DNA of 64,000 nucleotides from Yuukianura sp. NJ FZ-2021 (Eukaryota), in assembly GCA_046563655.1 (NCBI GenBank), contig CM102283.1, positions 2,604,001 through 2,668,000 on the forward strand, read 5' to 3'. Under the pieces are notes generated by a model. It had not been told where the DNA came from and did no database searches. It saw nothing but the letters and a program-made list of their open reading frames with translations. The translations under genes and the position numbers were made by a program. Positions 45,301-59,493 of the stretch are shown one piece after another (the first letter of the stretch is position 1; each line of letters starts with the position of its first letter).

Positions 45301-48300
45301 CAGTCGACCATATCTAGATTTGCATGTCGGATTCTCATCAACCGGAAGCCGCCGTATACTGCACGAGTGTTTGCTGCTGGATTTGATTCGTCGAGGAACA
45401 TTTTCCTAGGGGTGAGTACCAAAATTTTAGTTTTTGTTTGGAGAAGAGAGTGGTGGTCGGTTGGGAAATGATAAAAACCTAATTTAAAAGTTAGCCTAAT
45501 GCTAACCTAACCGGACACAGGTGATTTTTGAAATTACAATGAGGATAATGACGAGGGAAGTGGATTTTGGCAGGAGGCGAACAGACGGTGTGGATTACGA
45601 ATTAGAATTTTAGCACAGCTTTTTAGAGAAGCGGCTTGTGGCTTAAAGGTTTTCCTCTTAAAAAAACGATTCCATGAATTTTATGGACGGGGATTTATGG
45701 ACAGGTTTCCTTATGGACGGACACTTAAGGACAGAAAAGCGAAGATAAACTAAAATATTCAAAACTCACCGTCCGTAAGAAGCCGTCCATAAGTGACCGT
45801 CAATAAGAATGCTTGTAAATAAGTTGCCGTGGATAAAAATTTCGGTACACAAGTGTCCGTGCATAAGTGTCGGGTTACGATCAAAAAATGAGGAAAGAGA
45901 CGGCTTCGTTGTGGTTTGCCTTGGTCGTTAGTGGTTGGATCCACTCGCGGAAAGTTGAAAATTCGAAAATTCGATGCAGAATTTAGTGTTGGTTTTTGTA
46001 TGTGAACGGATCCTGGCGACAGTTTGTAAAAAAATGGATGACAGTTGACATTTTATAGAACGGAGGGAAATTGGGTCTCTTGGCGTTTCTTTCTGCTCTG
46101 AGTTTTTGAAACTTTGGCGGTTTTTGTGTCCCCTGGCAAAAACGTAACTTTTTTTTTCTCGGTTTTTTCTCTCTCTCCTAAAGTAAAATAAGATTTTGAG
46201 GCTTTGAAGTTGAAGTTAAAATATTTGCATAGATATTTGGAACAGTACTTCCGTTGAGCCGTTGAGAAAGGAGAGCGGAAAACGGATTTTCCTTGTCTTT
46301 TTTAAAGTAAGAAAATAATAAAAGTAGATTCTTATTTCGTTTTTTTTTAAAACGGATTTTTGTTTTTGGTGCTGTGAGAGGACTTGCTAAAAAGTCAATG
46401 TTTGTGGAAGAGATTTTTTGGAGAAGTGGATCATAAACGTCAGGTCTTCACGTTGTTTAGAAAAATTGAAATTGAATTTTTGCAGAGAGAAAATGTAAAG
46501 TTTAAATTCAGAATTTTGGAAGAGGAAAAGTTTAACTCGTTTAATTTTTCGAATTTTTTAATCTGAAATTGTTAGTGCTATAAATGTCAATGTATTTTTA
46601 GAATAGCATGCAGGCTGAAGCGAAAAAAATGCTATTCGAAAACTTTTTCTGAAAAGGAAAACAGGAAAAAACAACTTTTTCTGGAAGTTGTTTTTTTTTT
46701 TGTTGCCTATAAAAGTTGGAAATGACGTTGACTTGATTCACTTGGTGTCGTCAATCCAGTTATTTCTGTGTAGTTTGCCGAATTGAAAGGTTGAGTGTTA
46801 ATTAAAGGTTGAAAGTCTCCGGGTTAATTAATTAATTAATTAATTAATTAAGTTTTACTCTTTGGCAGAATTGATTTTGATTTAAATTCTAACGGCAACT
46901 TGTAAATGTTGAATTTGTTCCTGTTCTTTGAAGTTTTTCGTTTTTCGCCTTTGTTCGGTTTGTTTTGTGGGAAATTTTGAATCCTGTTTGTGAGTTTTTA
47001 AGGTCAATGCGTCCAAGCCTTTTGTTTTAATTTAAAAGAAATTGAAAAATTGTTTTTCAAAAAATCCTTTGTTTTGAAACAAAAGAGGTTTTTTTTTCAG
47101 TTTTTTTTTTGGAATGAGAAACAAAGCTGCTGATCTTGCGTGACGATTAGCTGCTTAGGGAGAAAATCTAATTGTTAGGTTTTGAGTGGAAGTTTTATGG
47201 AGTACATAAAACGTTTTGTGTGTTGTTTAGCTTTTTAGTTTTTAAATTTTGATGTTTTTGAAAATTTTGAAATTTGGGAAATGGGTGCAGGAGCCTTGAA
47301 AAGTGGGTGTGGGTGTCCTTGTGAGTCCTTGCAGAGTTGGGTTGGGCTCGGAGTGAAAGTGGTGAAAGTAGGCCAAAAACGGAATTAATCTATCGATCCC
47401 GCCTTACTTTCTGCTTTCCAAACTTTCTCCGGTCACTTTTGAAACAGAACAAGGTTTTGTTAAAATAAAAAAGTGAAAAAAAAGTTTTTCTGTCTCGAGG
47501 TCGCCATTAGTTTTCATTTTTCATTTGGAAAAGAAATAGTTTTTGGCCATTTTTGGCACAAGAAAGAGTTTTTGCTTTTATGCAAGTTGAAAAAAGTTTT
47601 AAGTGCAAGTTAACATGACATTTGGGGATAAATTTAAATTTTGGCGCAAATTGATGGAAAAGTAGCACCGTTTTCCGGAAGTATCTAAGAAGTGCTTAAA
47701 CTTAAGAAATGGACCGTGTTTTCCCTCATTTTTTACTTTTTGTTACTTTTTTTTTATTACTTTTTTAAAAGTAAAGATTTTTGGCGTGCTGGATTTGGAT
47801 TCCAAATAGTGGAAAGATGCCAATTGGCACAACGGAAAGGAAATGCGTGTTTTTCTTGCAACATTTTCGTAGGTTTGAAAAGTTTAACAAGCTTTTTTAA
47901 TTTTCTAAACATTTCTTGTTTTTCATTTTCACTTTTGAAGAGTTTTTAGAGTTGAGCTGAATAGGCAGATGAAAAATGAAGAATACGAAATTTTTCAACA
48001 CGTTGTTAATTTTTAATGAGAGTGTTGTTGAGTACGCTGCGTGTCCTTCAGACATAATTTCAAAATTTCATAGTTTCATAATTTCAATTTTATTTTCGAT
48101 TTTTTAGTTTTTATGAATTATGAATTTATTGTCATGAACTAACTGGAATTGAAATTCCTAATTCACTTTCCTTTTTTTTTTTTTTTTGCAAACATTTCGG
48201 TTCAGTGAATTTTATTTCTGCTGATGCGTGCATGCTAATGTGCGTTTTTGAAAAAAAAAGTAAAAGTCGAACATGCTGGAAGCATTTCAAAAATGAAAAT

Positions 48301-50910
48301 TTTCTCGAAGTATTTTTTTTTGGATGCTGAAAGTTGTGTTCCGGAACACTTTTTGGGAAGAAGTCTTTCAATTTTCAGAAAACAGAAAGAAAACTTGGTT
48401 AGAAATTTTTTTCGACGAGGTTCAATGGTTTCTTCATTTCGTAAAAAAAAGAAAGTGAGCTTTAACGTGATTTTTTTAATTTTTTTTTCGAAACGTTTTT
48501 TATGGAGGCTATTTACTAGAAGAAATTGCAATTTATTAGCAACAGACGTTGAAAAGGAAAGGATTAGTTTCAAATTTATTCTTGTCACGTAATATGTAGC
48601 AAATCAGGTTTCAATAGACTTGACGTTTAGACGTTTTTAAAAAAAAAAAGAATTCTTTTTTTGAAACTGTTTTTTGAAGTCATTATTACATGACTTGCTT
48701 TGAAATTTCGTTGGTGGTTTCATGTTTCTAAAAAAATGGTTTTTAGAAAGTAGGAAATTTTTATAAATTTTCTCTTTCAAGTTCTACAGTTTTTCTTCAT
48801 TGGATTTTTGTCATCTTGTTTAACTTTTTCTCTTTTATTTTTTTTTCTGTTGGTTGAAGTAATTGATTCTCACATTTTTTTTTCATGGTCGATTTAGTTT
48901 TTGTTGGAAGTTGAATGCTGAAATGAAGTAAAATGGAAATGGATGGAAGCTTATGGAGGATGGAAGGCAAAAGTAATCAGCGACAGCGGCTGTTTTTGAA
49001 TGGCTCTTTATGACAAGTTTCAATCTGAAAAAAAAAGTTCTAAAAAGCGATGCTGTAATGAGCTACTTTTGTGACTCTTTTTGAAAGCTGTAACTGGAGT
49101 AGAGATTTTGAAAAAAAAATTTTTGCCAAACTAATTTCATTTTGCAAAGCACAAGAGAGTCGTTTCGCACGTTCCAGGAAAAGATTTTGAGTTGTGATGA
49201 ATGTGGAATCTGTTGAGATGATGTAAGTTACATGATATCATGTAAGTTGAGATGAAATTAGGTTGAATTTGACTTGGTAAAAGAAGTGACAAGGACTATT
49301 AATAGAAGTTGTGAATAATGCAGTAGGCATTAAGTAGAAGTTTGGCACTGATGACACATGTGATGAGACTAAAAACCGATAGGCTTTTTTCATTTTCTGA
49401 GGTCGTTGACCCGTTGCGTGCAGTTTTTTGAATTTTTATAGTCGTTTTTTGTTATTCAAAAATGTTGGGGTATTGTAAGAATTTCAGGTTTTTGAACGAT
49501 GCGAGAATTTTAGGATTTTCGTTTTAACTATTCAAGGATTTCATGTTTTTGTTAGCTTTTCTTCAAGAGTTTTCGCCTTTTTGCTAAACTTGAGGGTTTT
49601 TGGTGATGTTTTTGAGAAAACTTTTGTTCAAAATTTTGATTTGTGTTTACTTTTTGATAAATTTCAGGAGAAAGCGAGTAAATGGGAGGAAGGAGGTGTG
49701 ATTGATGGCCTTACGACGAATGGGATTTTGTTGCTGCATTTGAAAGGGCCTTTTGTTGGCGGGAATTCCAAAGTACTGCCGTGGCGTGAAGTGTCCGTAA
49801 ATGGTGGCCTTTATACTATGAGAGAGTCACGGTCGGCTCCACAGAAGGGATCAAAAGTTGACATGGAAACGAATGTCCTAGAAGATGGATCTATGATTGA
49901 CCTGTGTGGTGAGGAAATTTCGAAAATGAAATTTTGAAATTTTAAAAGTTTTTGAAATATTTGTAACTTTTGATGTTGTAGGAGTGACGTTACTGTGGAG
50001 GTCGTCGCAAGGCCTTGAGAAGTCTCCGGTGAGTTAACTGCTAAAAATCCATGGATTTCCAGGAAAAAGGTTTTTGTGAATTTTAATTTTTGTGGTGTAA
50101 TTTTGTGGTGTAGATCAAGCGGGATTTGGAGATGATGCTGGATAAGCTGAATGCTGGGAGACCGCAGTGCCCTGTAGGTTTGAATACGCTTGTAGTTGGA
50201 CGGAAGACGAACAGTCTGGACAGAGAGCCATTCGTGTATCTCAAGTGGGTTAATCAAAATAATTGAGAGTTGGAGTATCAAAAAGTGAAAATGTAATTGA
50301 AGTATTAATGGCTTTTGGACATGAAACAGATGTGGACATGTCCATGGACTGGAGTGTCACAATTGGGGTCATAAGAAGGGGGCTGCAGAGTCAAAGGAAC
50401 GGATATGTCCACTATGTTCAACTGTCGGACCGTTCGTTGCACTGTCCATGTCATATGAACCAGGAGGTGAGCAGCAAAACATGAAACTAAAAAAAATTTT
50501 GATGAAGAAATGTCGAATTTTGAAAAAATTCAAAATGGTAACTTTGAAAAAATTGTTTGTTTTTGTGTTTGAAGTGTATACGGACTGTGGTCCACTGACA
50601 CACGCGTTCTTCCCGTGTGGACATATGGCCTCTGAGAAAACAGCTACGTAAGGAAATTATGAAAAAAATGGAAAATTGAAATTGGTTTTTTCTTCATTTT
50701 TACATTTTGGTTCGTTTTGTGTGTGTCTGTGTTTTGTGTTCGGAACAAAGAGATATGTGTTATGTATTCAATTTTTATGACAGGTTCTGGGCAAACATGC
50801 CAATTCCGCACGGAACGAAGGGACTCCAAGCCGAATGTCCATTTTGTGCCACGCCCCTAGAAGGACAGCTCGGCTACGTGCGACTCATTTTCCAAGACAA
50901 TGTTGACTAA
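42384..50910 (+). CDS. Pli: Pellino E3 ubiquitin ligase
   Basis: Exons 42384-42532, 44875-45106, 45214-45411, 49668-49908, 49982-50028, 50114-50244, 50330-50466, 50575-50647, 50784-50910. Motifs KYGELIVLGYNGFLPQGDKGRRRSKF, TDMFQIGRS, QSTISRFACRI, DGLTTNG, RPQCPVGLNTL, CPFCATPL...RLIFQD. Confidence 0.97.
44513..44782. mobile_element. MITE family M1 copy (pellino intron)
   Basis: CAAGGTT...AACAGGTTGGGTACT ... GGTATTACTCGACCTGTT...AACCTTGG. Confidence 0.7.
46824..46851. repeat. (TTAA)7 microsatellite
   Basis: Read directly from the sequence. Confidence 0.9.
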
Positions 50911-53692
50911 AAAGTTAGGCTAGGTTGTACAACCTAACCTATGTTGACTGAAACTCTCAACATTGGCCAAGTTACAACTGTATACTTTAGGCAGAGGGAT
51001 GAGAAATGACAAAAGAACAAATTGACACAATGGTTTTGTCATGTTCTGGAATTCGGACACAATGTTGGTCAAATGCTGGAATTTGAAGCGGTGGAGAGTA
51101 TTTGGAAGTCGTATTTGAGTGTATTAGCGGATGACACACTGTGATACTGATAACTGGCAAGCTACTTCCCTTAAACTAAATCGTAGAATTAAGTTAAATT
51201 TTAATTAATTACTTAATTAACTACTTAAGTTTGTTCTTTAACTTAGACTGTGAGTCACTTTCACAATGTTTTTGGAATTTCTGTCTTGTCGTTTAACTTG
51301 TAACTTCCACTTTTATGTTTAACTTGTACTAGGTTGTACGTTCAAGCTTACTACTTAACTATGCAAAGCGGGATTTTAGTTACAATAGTTAAAACTTAAG
51401 TTAGTTTAAGTTTAAGTTTAGTTGAATTTTTGCGAAAGCAGAAGTCGGTAATGTGCAATTTATTCCGTAAAATGCGTTTAACATTTACGTTTACATTATT
51501 ATGCTACTCTTTTTTTATATTACGTGTTACTTATTTTATGTTTACTATTACGTGTACTATATCATTCGTTGGGTCTAATGCATAACTTTTTGTTTAAGTT
51601 TTTGAGTGACATTCCTGCAGAGACAGAAGGGACCCTTGATTTTTTAGATTTTCTGTGTAGAAAAGTTAAGGTGAAAAGCGCATGTCAAAATTTACAAATT
51701 ACAAATGGAGTTGGTTTTTCTTGTGTTGATGGGTATTTGTAAAAGTTGGGAAAAATTCAAAATTTGGTACAAAATGAGTAACAAAGTTATCCGAGTTGTT
51801 GTGAATATTTGTGAAAGGATAAGAAGTCATAACCAGACAATGTTTAGTGTTTCAAAATTCAAACTATTAAAACTTTTTTTTTAAAAGTATTGTTGTTTTT
51901 TGAGAAGTTAGAAACGAAACGCAGAGCGAGTGGTAAGAAAAGATGTGTCGGGAGGTGTAAGTTATATTTTTGTGTGCAGTGGTTAACTATTAATTATGAC
52001 TAACAATTAATTAGTTAACTACTAACATTGTAGAGTTATGGATATTTGTGTTGGTTTTGGTTTGGACTTGAACTTACCGAAGATGTACAGCAGAGTGGAT
52101 TCGATTCCCTGACTCTCATGGACGGTTATTTGCGTTCCGGCATTGTTATTGACGGTCTCTTACGGAAGTCACAGTTATGGAGATTCAGAACTTAGCCTTT
52201 CATGAAAATATCAAGGTGACCGCCCATAGGAATGCTGGTACATAAGTGGCCGTCCATGAGTGTCCGGTTACGAGTGAAATCCTATGGAAGGACAAAGAAA
52301 ACTCAATTTTTGTAGAGTTGAAGTATTTTGTATCCAATCATTTATTCCTGTAAACTGGACTTTAAAAAGATTAATTTGAGTTTAATTGTTTCTAAGAAGA
52401 GGCTCCTTATACCTTACGTATTTAGTTAAATTAAGTTAAGCTAAAGTTAATTAAGCTAATTAAGTATAGGGAGTGTAGCATGTACGATTTTAGAGTGAAG
52501 AGTTTAACTGTTAAATTTAATCGCAGAGTTCCAAAACGAACGCTGGAATAAAACCGTGGGAAATGGTTACGCGTTAAACTTTCAGAAAAAAAATCATTTT
52601 GGTGTGCAACGGGAAAACGATTTTTTGTAATTTATTTAGTTTTTGGAATAAGAATGTCTTGGTGAACGTGAAAGTGTACGATTTTTTTTCTTTTCGAAAA
52701 ACATGATCTTCTTTTAATAAGTTTATGAGTGATGATGAAACGACGCATGCGTGGAAGATTTGAGTTAAAAAGTGACAAATGACAAAAGGTTTAAGAGTGA
52801 AAAGTTCAGTGTCATTTTCATTTTTTCACTTTTATTACTCAAATCTAAAATATATGTGGAGAATTATGATTTAATGTTTCGTACAAGATTTGGTTTTTCA
52901 TTTCTCATTCAAAATGAAAAACAAATCATGAAAAAAAAACGAAGTGAAAACATTTTGGTTTTGATTTCTTCTTTGGGATTTGCTTGTTAATTTAACAATG
53001 TCCAAATGCGGAGGATATGCGAAATGCGATGCCATGGTTAAAGTTAGGCTAACTTATGTTTAGCCTAACGCAAAACGACATTAGACTGTGCATAGCCTAA
53101 TCTAAACCAATATTAGATTTTGTATAGCCTAACATAGAAGGTGACAATTAACAAAGTGACATTGGTCTTCACTTTTTCTTTTCATTTTTGGAAGCCATAA
53201 TTCTAATATCCGTGTTCTCACCTTGCCTTTGTGTACACTGTGCATTTGCACAGTTCAAATGAATGAAATCTGGGTCGCACTTTAAACAATTTTCACTTTT
53301 ACTTTCAGTTTTCAATGGCGATTTTCAATTTCAATGCAACGTTTCGTTGACCTCTTGGTTTACGATGACCACAAGCAATTCCGTTGTAACAGCCAATCTG
53401 CCGTGTCATCTGCAATGACGGAACGTTTTCTTTTGTTTTGCAAAGTTGCAGAATGGAGCTCAATTAGCTTAACCTAGGATGATGATACTGCCAGCTGCCA
53501 GCATCGTACTGCCAACTGCCAGCATGATGCTGTGATGCTTGTGGCGACAGAGGGACAGACGGACGCTAATGGTCAATTTGAATTCTGAAGTCTAAGGGCT
53601 GAGGATTTAGCACTTAACAGGACTTTTTAGGTACTGAGAAGATGAACGTGATGCAACAAAGGAAAGTTGCGAAAAATTTGAGAGCTAAGAAA

Positions 53693-53730
53693 TATAAAAG
53701 CTTTTCGTTTCGTTTGGCGCAGGGCTCAGA
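53693..53730 (+). promoter_or_regulatory. TATA box with Inr-like motif
   Basis: TATAAAA at 53693 and TCAGA ~33 nt downstream, ~105 nt upstream of ATG 53830. Confidence 0.5.
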
Positions 53731-53829
53731 CGAGACTTGGACGACAGACAGAAATATCGAACCAATTTTAAGCTTTTTTGGTGACATTTGACATCGGTGA
53801 CCTTTGACCTCGGAATATTTGACCTCAAG

Positions 53830-55530
53830 ATGAAGTTAACTGCTGTTCTGGTTCTCACTGTTGTTTTAGTTCTCACTTTTCAAGAAACGGATGCCACTTT
53901 TAGTTTTCTGTCCAACATGCTCAATAGCATCCGAACGAGCCTGACACCCGTCAATCCGCAGGATACGAGTGACGGAAGATTTGCGAAATTTAACGGACCG
54001 GTTCGCGGACTACCGGCGGGTCACGGTGGAGGTCAATTCGGTAAGAATCTGTTCAAAATTTTGAAAAATGTGGGGAAAAAAAATCTGGCAAAGAGTTTTC
54101 GTTTTTAAAATTTTTTCATTCTGTGGGCAGTGTAGTTTTTAGAGAGAATTTTGATGGGTTTTTGTAAGGTTTCGGTGGATTTTGAAATTTTTTGAGCGGG
54201 TAGTTTTGAGATTGATCCAATTTTTTTTGCCAAGTCATGTTCGTTTGGTTAACCAATTTCAATTATTTCTCAAAAGACAGTGAGTGGCTCATGTGACATA
54301 ATTTGGTAATTGTGTAACTTCTTAGATGTTTTTGCAATTCATTGTTACGCCTCGAGCGGCGCCAAGTTGTAAAATTCGGACGTTTTATTTGTTGGCGTCC
54401 TGCCTGACCTTAATTTGCAGCTCTTCTGAGCAGAAAATTGCACGCAATTCCCACTGACACTTTTTGTGCTACACGCAAGTTTGCTCAACATCAACATAAT
54501 CTACAAAGCGTAACGAAATTTAAAAATAAAGTAGTTTGGTTGAGGCTTTTTAACAATCACATGGTTCAAGGTTGGCAAAAACACAATTCATAATGCAAAC
54601 CACAAAATGCAATCTCGATTACTTTAATTTTAGGTAGATTAACAATTATCAAATTTCATAATTTATAATTACATTGTTACCAAATCCTGAAATTTTCAGG
54701 GATATAATAATACTAAATGTTGGAGCAGTGACAAGACAAAGCAATTTTTAATTATACTGAAGAAAAAATTATAGCTGTAGGAGATTATGGCACAAAACTT
54801 AACACAATTTTTGAAGAAATTCACGGGAAAAATGATTCGACTCTAACTAAAGTTACTTAAGGGAACACAAATTGAGATAATTTGAAAAACTGGATAAATG
54901 TGGTACCCAGATTTCAAAAATTGTATCCTAAAATGTCATTTAGGACGAAAATTTTTGAAACAAAAGAAATTCAGGACGAAATTTTGAAACCTCGGGAGAT
55001 TCTGACAATTTCAAAAATTGAAATCCACCGCGCAATTGAATGGGAAAAGTAACTGACGGGAGAAAAAATTGACATGACTTGAAAACAATGGATGTCTCTT
55101 GTTGTCTAATTTTTCAATTTTGAACAAATTGGGAAGACGTTTGGCAATTGAATCTTTGAAAGTGATTTTGAGATGATAATTTTTTAAATTTTGAATTGCA
55201 AATCAATTGAAATTTTGACGTGGTCAAACGACGTAACAATGCTGTTAAGCTGTTGAGTTCGTGAGCAAATGTCAATTGATTAATGTTGTATTGTTATTGT
55301 TTGAAGCCTTTTTGTTTGGCAATCGTTGTCGTTGGGCTCATTTAGCAAAAGATGAAAGTTAACTTTCTAAGGTGGGAATTTCAAAACGTTGGTTTTAGTT
55401 ATTCATTAGGTTGAGACTATAACTCAGTATAGAGTGAAGACAAAGAAAAAACAAAGATGCTAATAATGTTTCCTTTGTTTGTCTATTTTTAGGTGCTGCA
55501 GATTGTCTTCTCTGTCCTGAGGGCCAGTAG
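53830..55530 (+). CDS. Small secreted peptide (~82 aa), function unknown
   Basis: Exon 53830-54040 (signal peptide MKLTAVLVLTVVLVLTFQETDA; GTAAGA donor) plus a phase-compatible exon 55493-55530 (GAADCLLCPEGQ*). The exon 2 assignment is tentative. Confidence 0.65.
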
Positions 55531-57340
55531 TCGAATTAACCAACAAATCAATCACTCCACGCTACTTTAACTTCCGTCTTTTTTCCAAATACTTCTTTTT
55601 TGAAATTTGAAACTTCTAATTTTGAAATTGAAACTTCAAATTTAAAGAGGGAAAGTTCCAATTACTACCGAAATGGTGATCGATAACATTCGCTAATTTA
55701 TAATCTGGAACAACTTCAGAAGGTATCACGACGCATGATGAGTAATCCATTTTAAAATTATTTTTTATTTGAGCGCATGACGACGTCGTCAATTTTTGTT
55801 TTCAAACTTTTTTTTCTACTTTTTTTTTACTTCTGCGCATGACTATGAATCGAAATTTTTTAATGCTGCGCATGACCACTATGAGTAAGGTCATAAAAAA
55901 TGATTTTTAAAGCGTCGTTTTCACTTTCCAAAGGAAAAAGTTTTCCTAGGTTTTCTCGGGTCGTAAATTATTGTCACAAGTATTGTATTTTATTATTTCA
56001 TTTTATTAAAATTACATATTGAATTTTTAAAAAAAAACTCAAAAAAAAGTTTAGTTAAGTTATGCTACTATTTTTAAATAGTAATGCACAAAAGTTGAGA
56101 AGTACTAAAAGACATAATAGGAATAAAAACTAACATTTTTGAAGAAGAAGAAAGAAGAGTTTTATGCTTTTTTTAAAGTTTGTGACTAAAACTTAATTCT
56201 TTATTTAAAAAAATATACAATAATTCTTGAAAATTGAAAACAGAACACGTAGTCGATGTTAAACAAAATTTTGTGTTTTCTGTGTGCAAAATTTATGACA
56301 GTGATGTCACTGACATGGTTTCATACACCACCCGCTCCTACTTGAAATTGATAGATCGTCTTATGGCCTTGGAATTTACCAATACAATTGAAAATTCAAT
56401 TGAATTGGACAGGATCTCATAACCTACGTAAGTCTCGTGATGATGACATTAACCCAATTGATTACAATATTTTCAACTAAACACGGGAAATTTACATTAC
56501 ACTTGTCACCAAACACTCGCCTGACACATGATGTCACACACACTTCCAGGACGTTTGTGGGTATTTGAGATGAGATGACTTTCAATAGAGGTCAAATGGG
56601 ACTACGTGACCCGGATCATAGCATGGCTAACGCAAGACAAATCGCCACTCGATGCTTAAAAATACTTGACAATAGTTTTGTTCACCAATCAAATTCACTT
56701 GTGGTAGAAAACAATACTTGGAAACTGCTAGGAAAAAATTTACTCAAATGGGAAATCCTATGCTTGTAGAAAAGTGGATCCAAAAACTTAGAAAATGGGA
56801 AATACTAAATGTATCACTTCAAATTACGTGTACGGATTATCAGTTTGCGCAATGTCTGATAAAACTTAAACTTAAAACTTCAGATAATCTGAAATTTTCA
56901 AAAATTACCGAATGTTGGCAAACTTTAATGAGCAGATTGTGAGCTGATACCAAAAATACGATAGTAGACGCATGTTAAGTTAACAATGGGAAAGTGAGCT
57001 AGCTAATTGTAAAATAAAATTAATTGGATTGTGGGACATCAAAAGTAAAAATTTTGCCAGCAATGTTCCAGTTGACGCAATTTCATAAGCCAAAAGCTAA
57101 AGCTTCAATTTTCTACAAATCTTGCATTAAATATACAAAACTGAAAACTTTCCGAGTGGTCCCAGGATGTATGCCTAAAATTTAAAAAAAAAACAGACTG
57201 TATGGTAGAATAAAATATGACGGTGCTCAAGGGTTGAGCACAAGCTTTCTGGAGAGGGTAGCCAATACATATGACTTAGAAGAACACAATTTAATAATTA
57301 TTTATTTTAGTTTATTAAATGTACTTTAATATTTTACATT
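55290..57340. repeat. ~2-kb segment duplicated at 59492-61660
   Basis: Colinear high similarity with small indels; each copy is followed by a family B gene. Confidence 0.9.
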
Positions 57341-57344
57341 TTAA

Positions 57345-58832
57345 TTAAGCTCCTTTAAGTGTCAATGTTAAACTTATGATATAATTTATCATATTTTGAT
57401 TTACAGTGATCACAATACCTTTGTCACAATAATTGAATTTTCCACACCAGATTACACATTTCCTAAGTGATTTGACTACCATAACATTATATGTAATACC
57501 ATTTGCACTTCTATCCAATTGCTTTATATACAAGCACGACCTGATATAAATCATTGCTCCTCTTATGATACAAAAATGTAAGAATACGCACATGAGTGTA
57601 GCGCTACTGAAAAAAGTAAAAGACGCAAAAGACAAACCAAATCGAAAGCTAACACTAAAGAAAACTACACAAAATGATGTACCCCATAGCACAAAGGAAG
57701 AAAGTGGGAACGAACAAAAACAGTTAAATTCTGTTAAATATAAATAAATAATCGTGTGGTAACGTGCTTGTGACACCAAAGTCGTTGTAACTGTTAGACA
57801 TGATTGACGGAATTGAGACATCAACATTGATAGTGCAATATCTGCGGTTAAACTTCCAATAATTGCATACTGAATGTACTTGTGCAACACCAAGTAACCA
57901 TGTATCCATACAAGTGGTAACAACACAATTGTAACACAGTATGCCGTATAAATCTTTGTGTTTAAGTAGTCGCTGTCCCTCCAAATCCAGCCGAGGATTG
58001 TTTCAAAAGAAGTTCCGTCCTTTCAAATACTACCACCGTAAAAACCAGCGCGAAAACTGGTATCACATATTTAGTCACGGTGCAGTAAGTCCTCATAAAC
58101 AGAAAATGAACATCATTGTCCGATACAAAAAGTATTTCGTCTAAAATACAAATTAAAATGGTTAAAATAACATGAAGTTTAACTAAAATTAGGGATGTTT
58201 TCCTAAAGGGTCGTAAACAAAGAAAATGTTGTTTCTACAACAGGTTGTCCAATAACTCCGGTGATTTTTTTATTCGTATGTGATCTAGCATTCAAAGGTT
58301 AAAAAAAATGGGGGAAAAAGAATAAACAAAATTGGTGCAGAAATTTGAAGATTTTTTGAAACCCTGAGTTATTGAACAACCTGTTGTAGGAAATACAATT
58401 CGGTTGTCAAGGAACCTTGGTTTTCCTAAACACTTTCTTATATATTTTAGAATTACCGTTTTTTGATGTCAACACACGATACAATATGTTCGTGTACTTT
58501 TGCCAGTTTTGTTTTCCCCAAATCGCCATTACATCTAAGACGATGTTGTGCATACCAAGCAACATGATTCCACTCAAGCCTGAAGTCAAAATGGGATCCA
58601 ATCCAGCGACATAATTTATACATATCAGAGTGATTAACAAAGTCAAACTACAGCCATCGAAAATGAAGAGCAAGAAAGCATTTCTACGATACTCCAAGGA
58701 CTCGTCCAACATAAATTTATTCTGGAGCTTGCTAAAAATAAGCGGATTTTGATAAGTGTGATGAGCGTTGTGAATTCCAAGTAGCAACAAAGCTACAACC
58801 TGCTTCCGAGTTTCTGAAATACTTTTGGCCAT
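57345..58832 (-). pseudogene. Chemoreceptor-like family B, copy 3; 1-nt deletion in an A-run at ~58005
   Basis: Exons 58832-58457 and 58140-57345. TTTCAAAAGAAG vs TTTCAAAAAGAAG in paralogs. M1 MITE in the intron (~58202-58420). Confidence 0.7.
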
Positions 58833-59397
58833 GAAAGCGTACAAACAAGAATTCAGTTCAGAAATACTCAACTTTTGGATTTACTCGTTTTATTAAACCG
58901 CTTAATGCTAGTGCTAAACCGAAAAGAATCTTGGCAAAAAAATGTTTTTTGGAATCGGTTCCACCTTGTGTTGGAGATGTTTAAATTTTTAAGTTTCAAT
59001 AAGGACACGTTTTCTCCATTTCTTTTGGTGATATTTAATAGGAATTTAATTTCCTTCAATTGATTCGCTCACTCTTTCCATCAGGCGGTAAAACTTAATG
59101 TTTTGCAAGTACTTAAATTAGTAAACTATCGTACCGCCTTTTAGAACCAAACAGGAATAGGGCAGAAAGGATAAAAACGGACAAAGGTTTATTGATTGAT
59201 TTTAATGTTGAGTCATTTCATTATGTTGGTGCCATTAATTCTCAAATTACAAAAGTCTGCATTCATATCATTTTCTTTTATTTTTTTGACCCAAGGTTTC
59301 CAAAGTTCCTACGATTGCAATTTAAGATAAAATTTAAGTAAAATAAATTCATTTAAGATTTTACTTGAATTAAATAAAATTTAAGTAAAAGTAAAAT

Positions 59398-59493
59398 ATT
59401 TAAGTAAAATTCAAAAGAACTTTTTCTTTATTAGAAAAAAAATCAGAATTTTTTTTCTAATAAAGAAAAAGTTCTTTTGAATTTCACTTAAAT
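59398..59493. repeat. Near-perfect palindrome (46-bp arms, 4-nt spacer, 1 mismatch)
   Basis: ATTTAAGTAAAATTCAAAAGAACTTTTTCTTTATTAGAAAAAAAAT, then CAGA, then the reverse complement. Confidence 0.92.

Noticed and set aside
47692-48592. Phe/Lys-rich ORFs in the large pellino intron (similar ones at 43688-43985 and 4960-5145)
   Set aside because: By-products of poly-T/poly-A low-complexity sequence; no motifs or splice support.
32438-50910. Arrestin + F-box + pellino as a ubiquitin-pathway cluster
   Set aside because: They act in unrelated ligase systems and belong to common gene classes; nothing beyond proximity supports a link.
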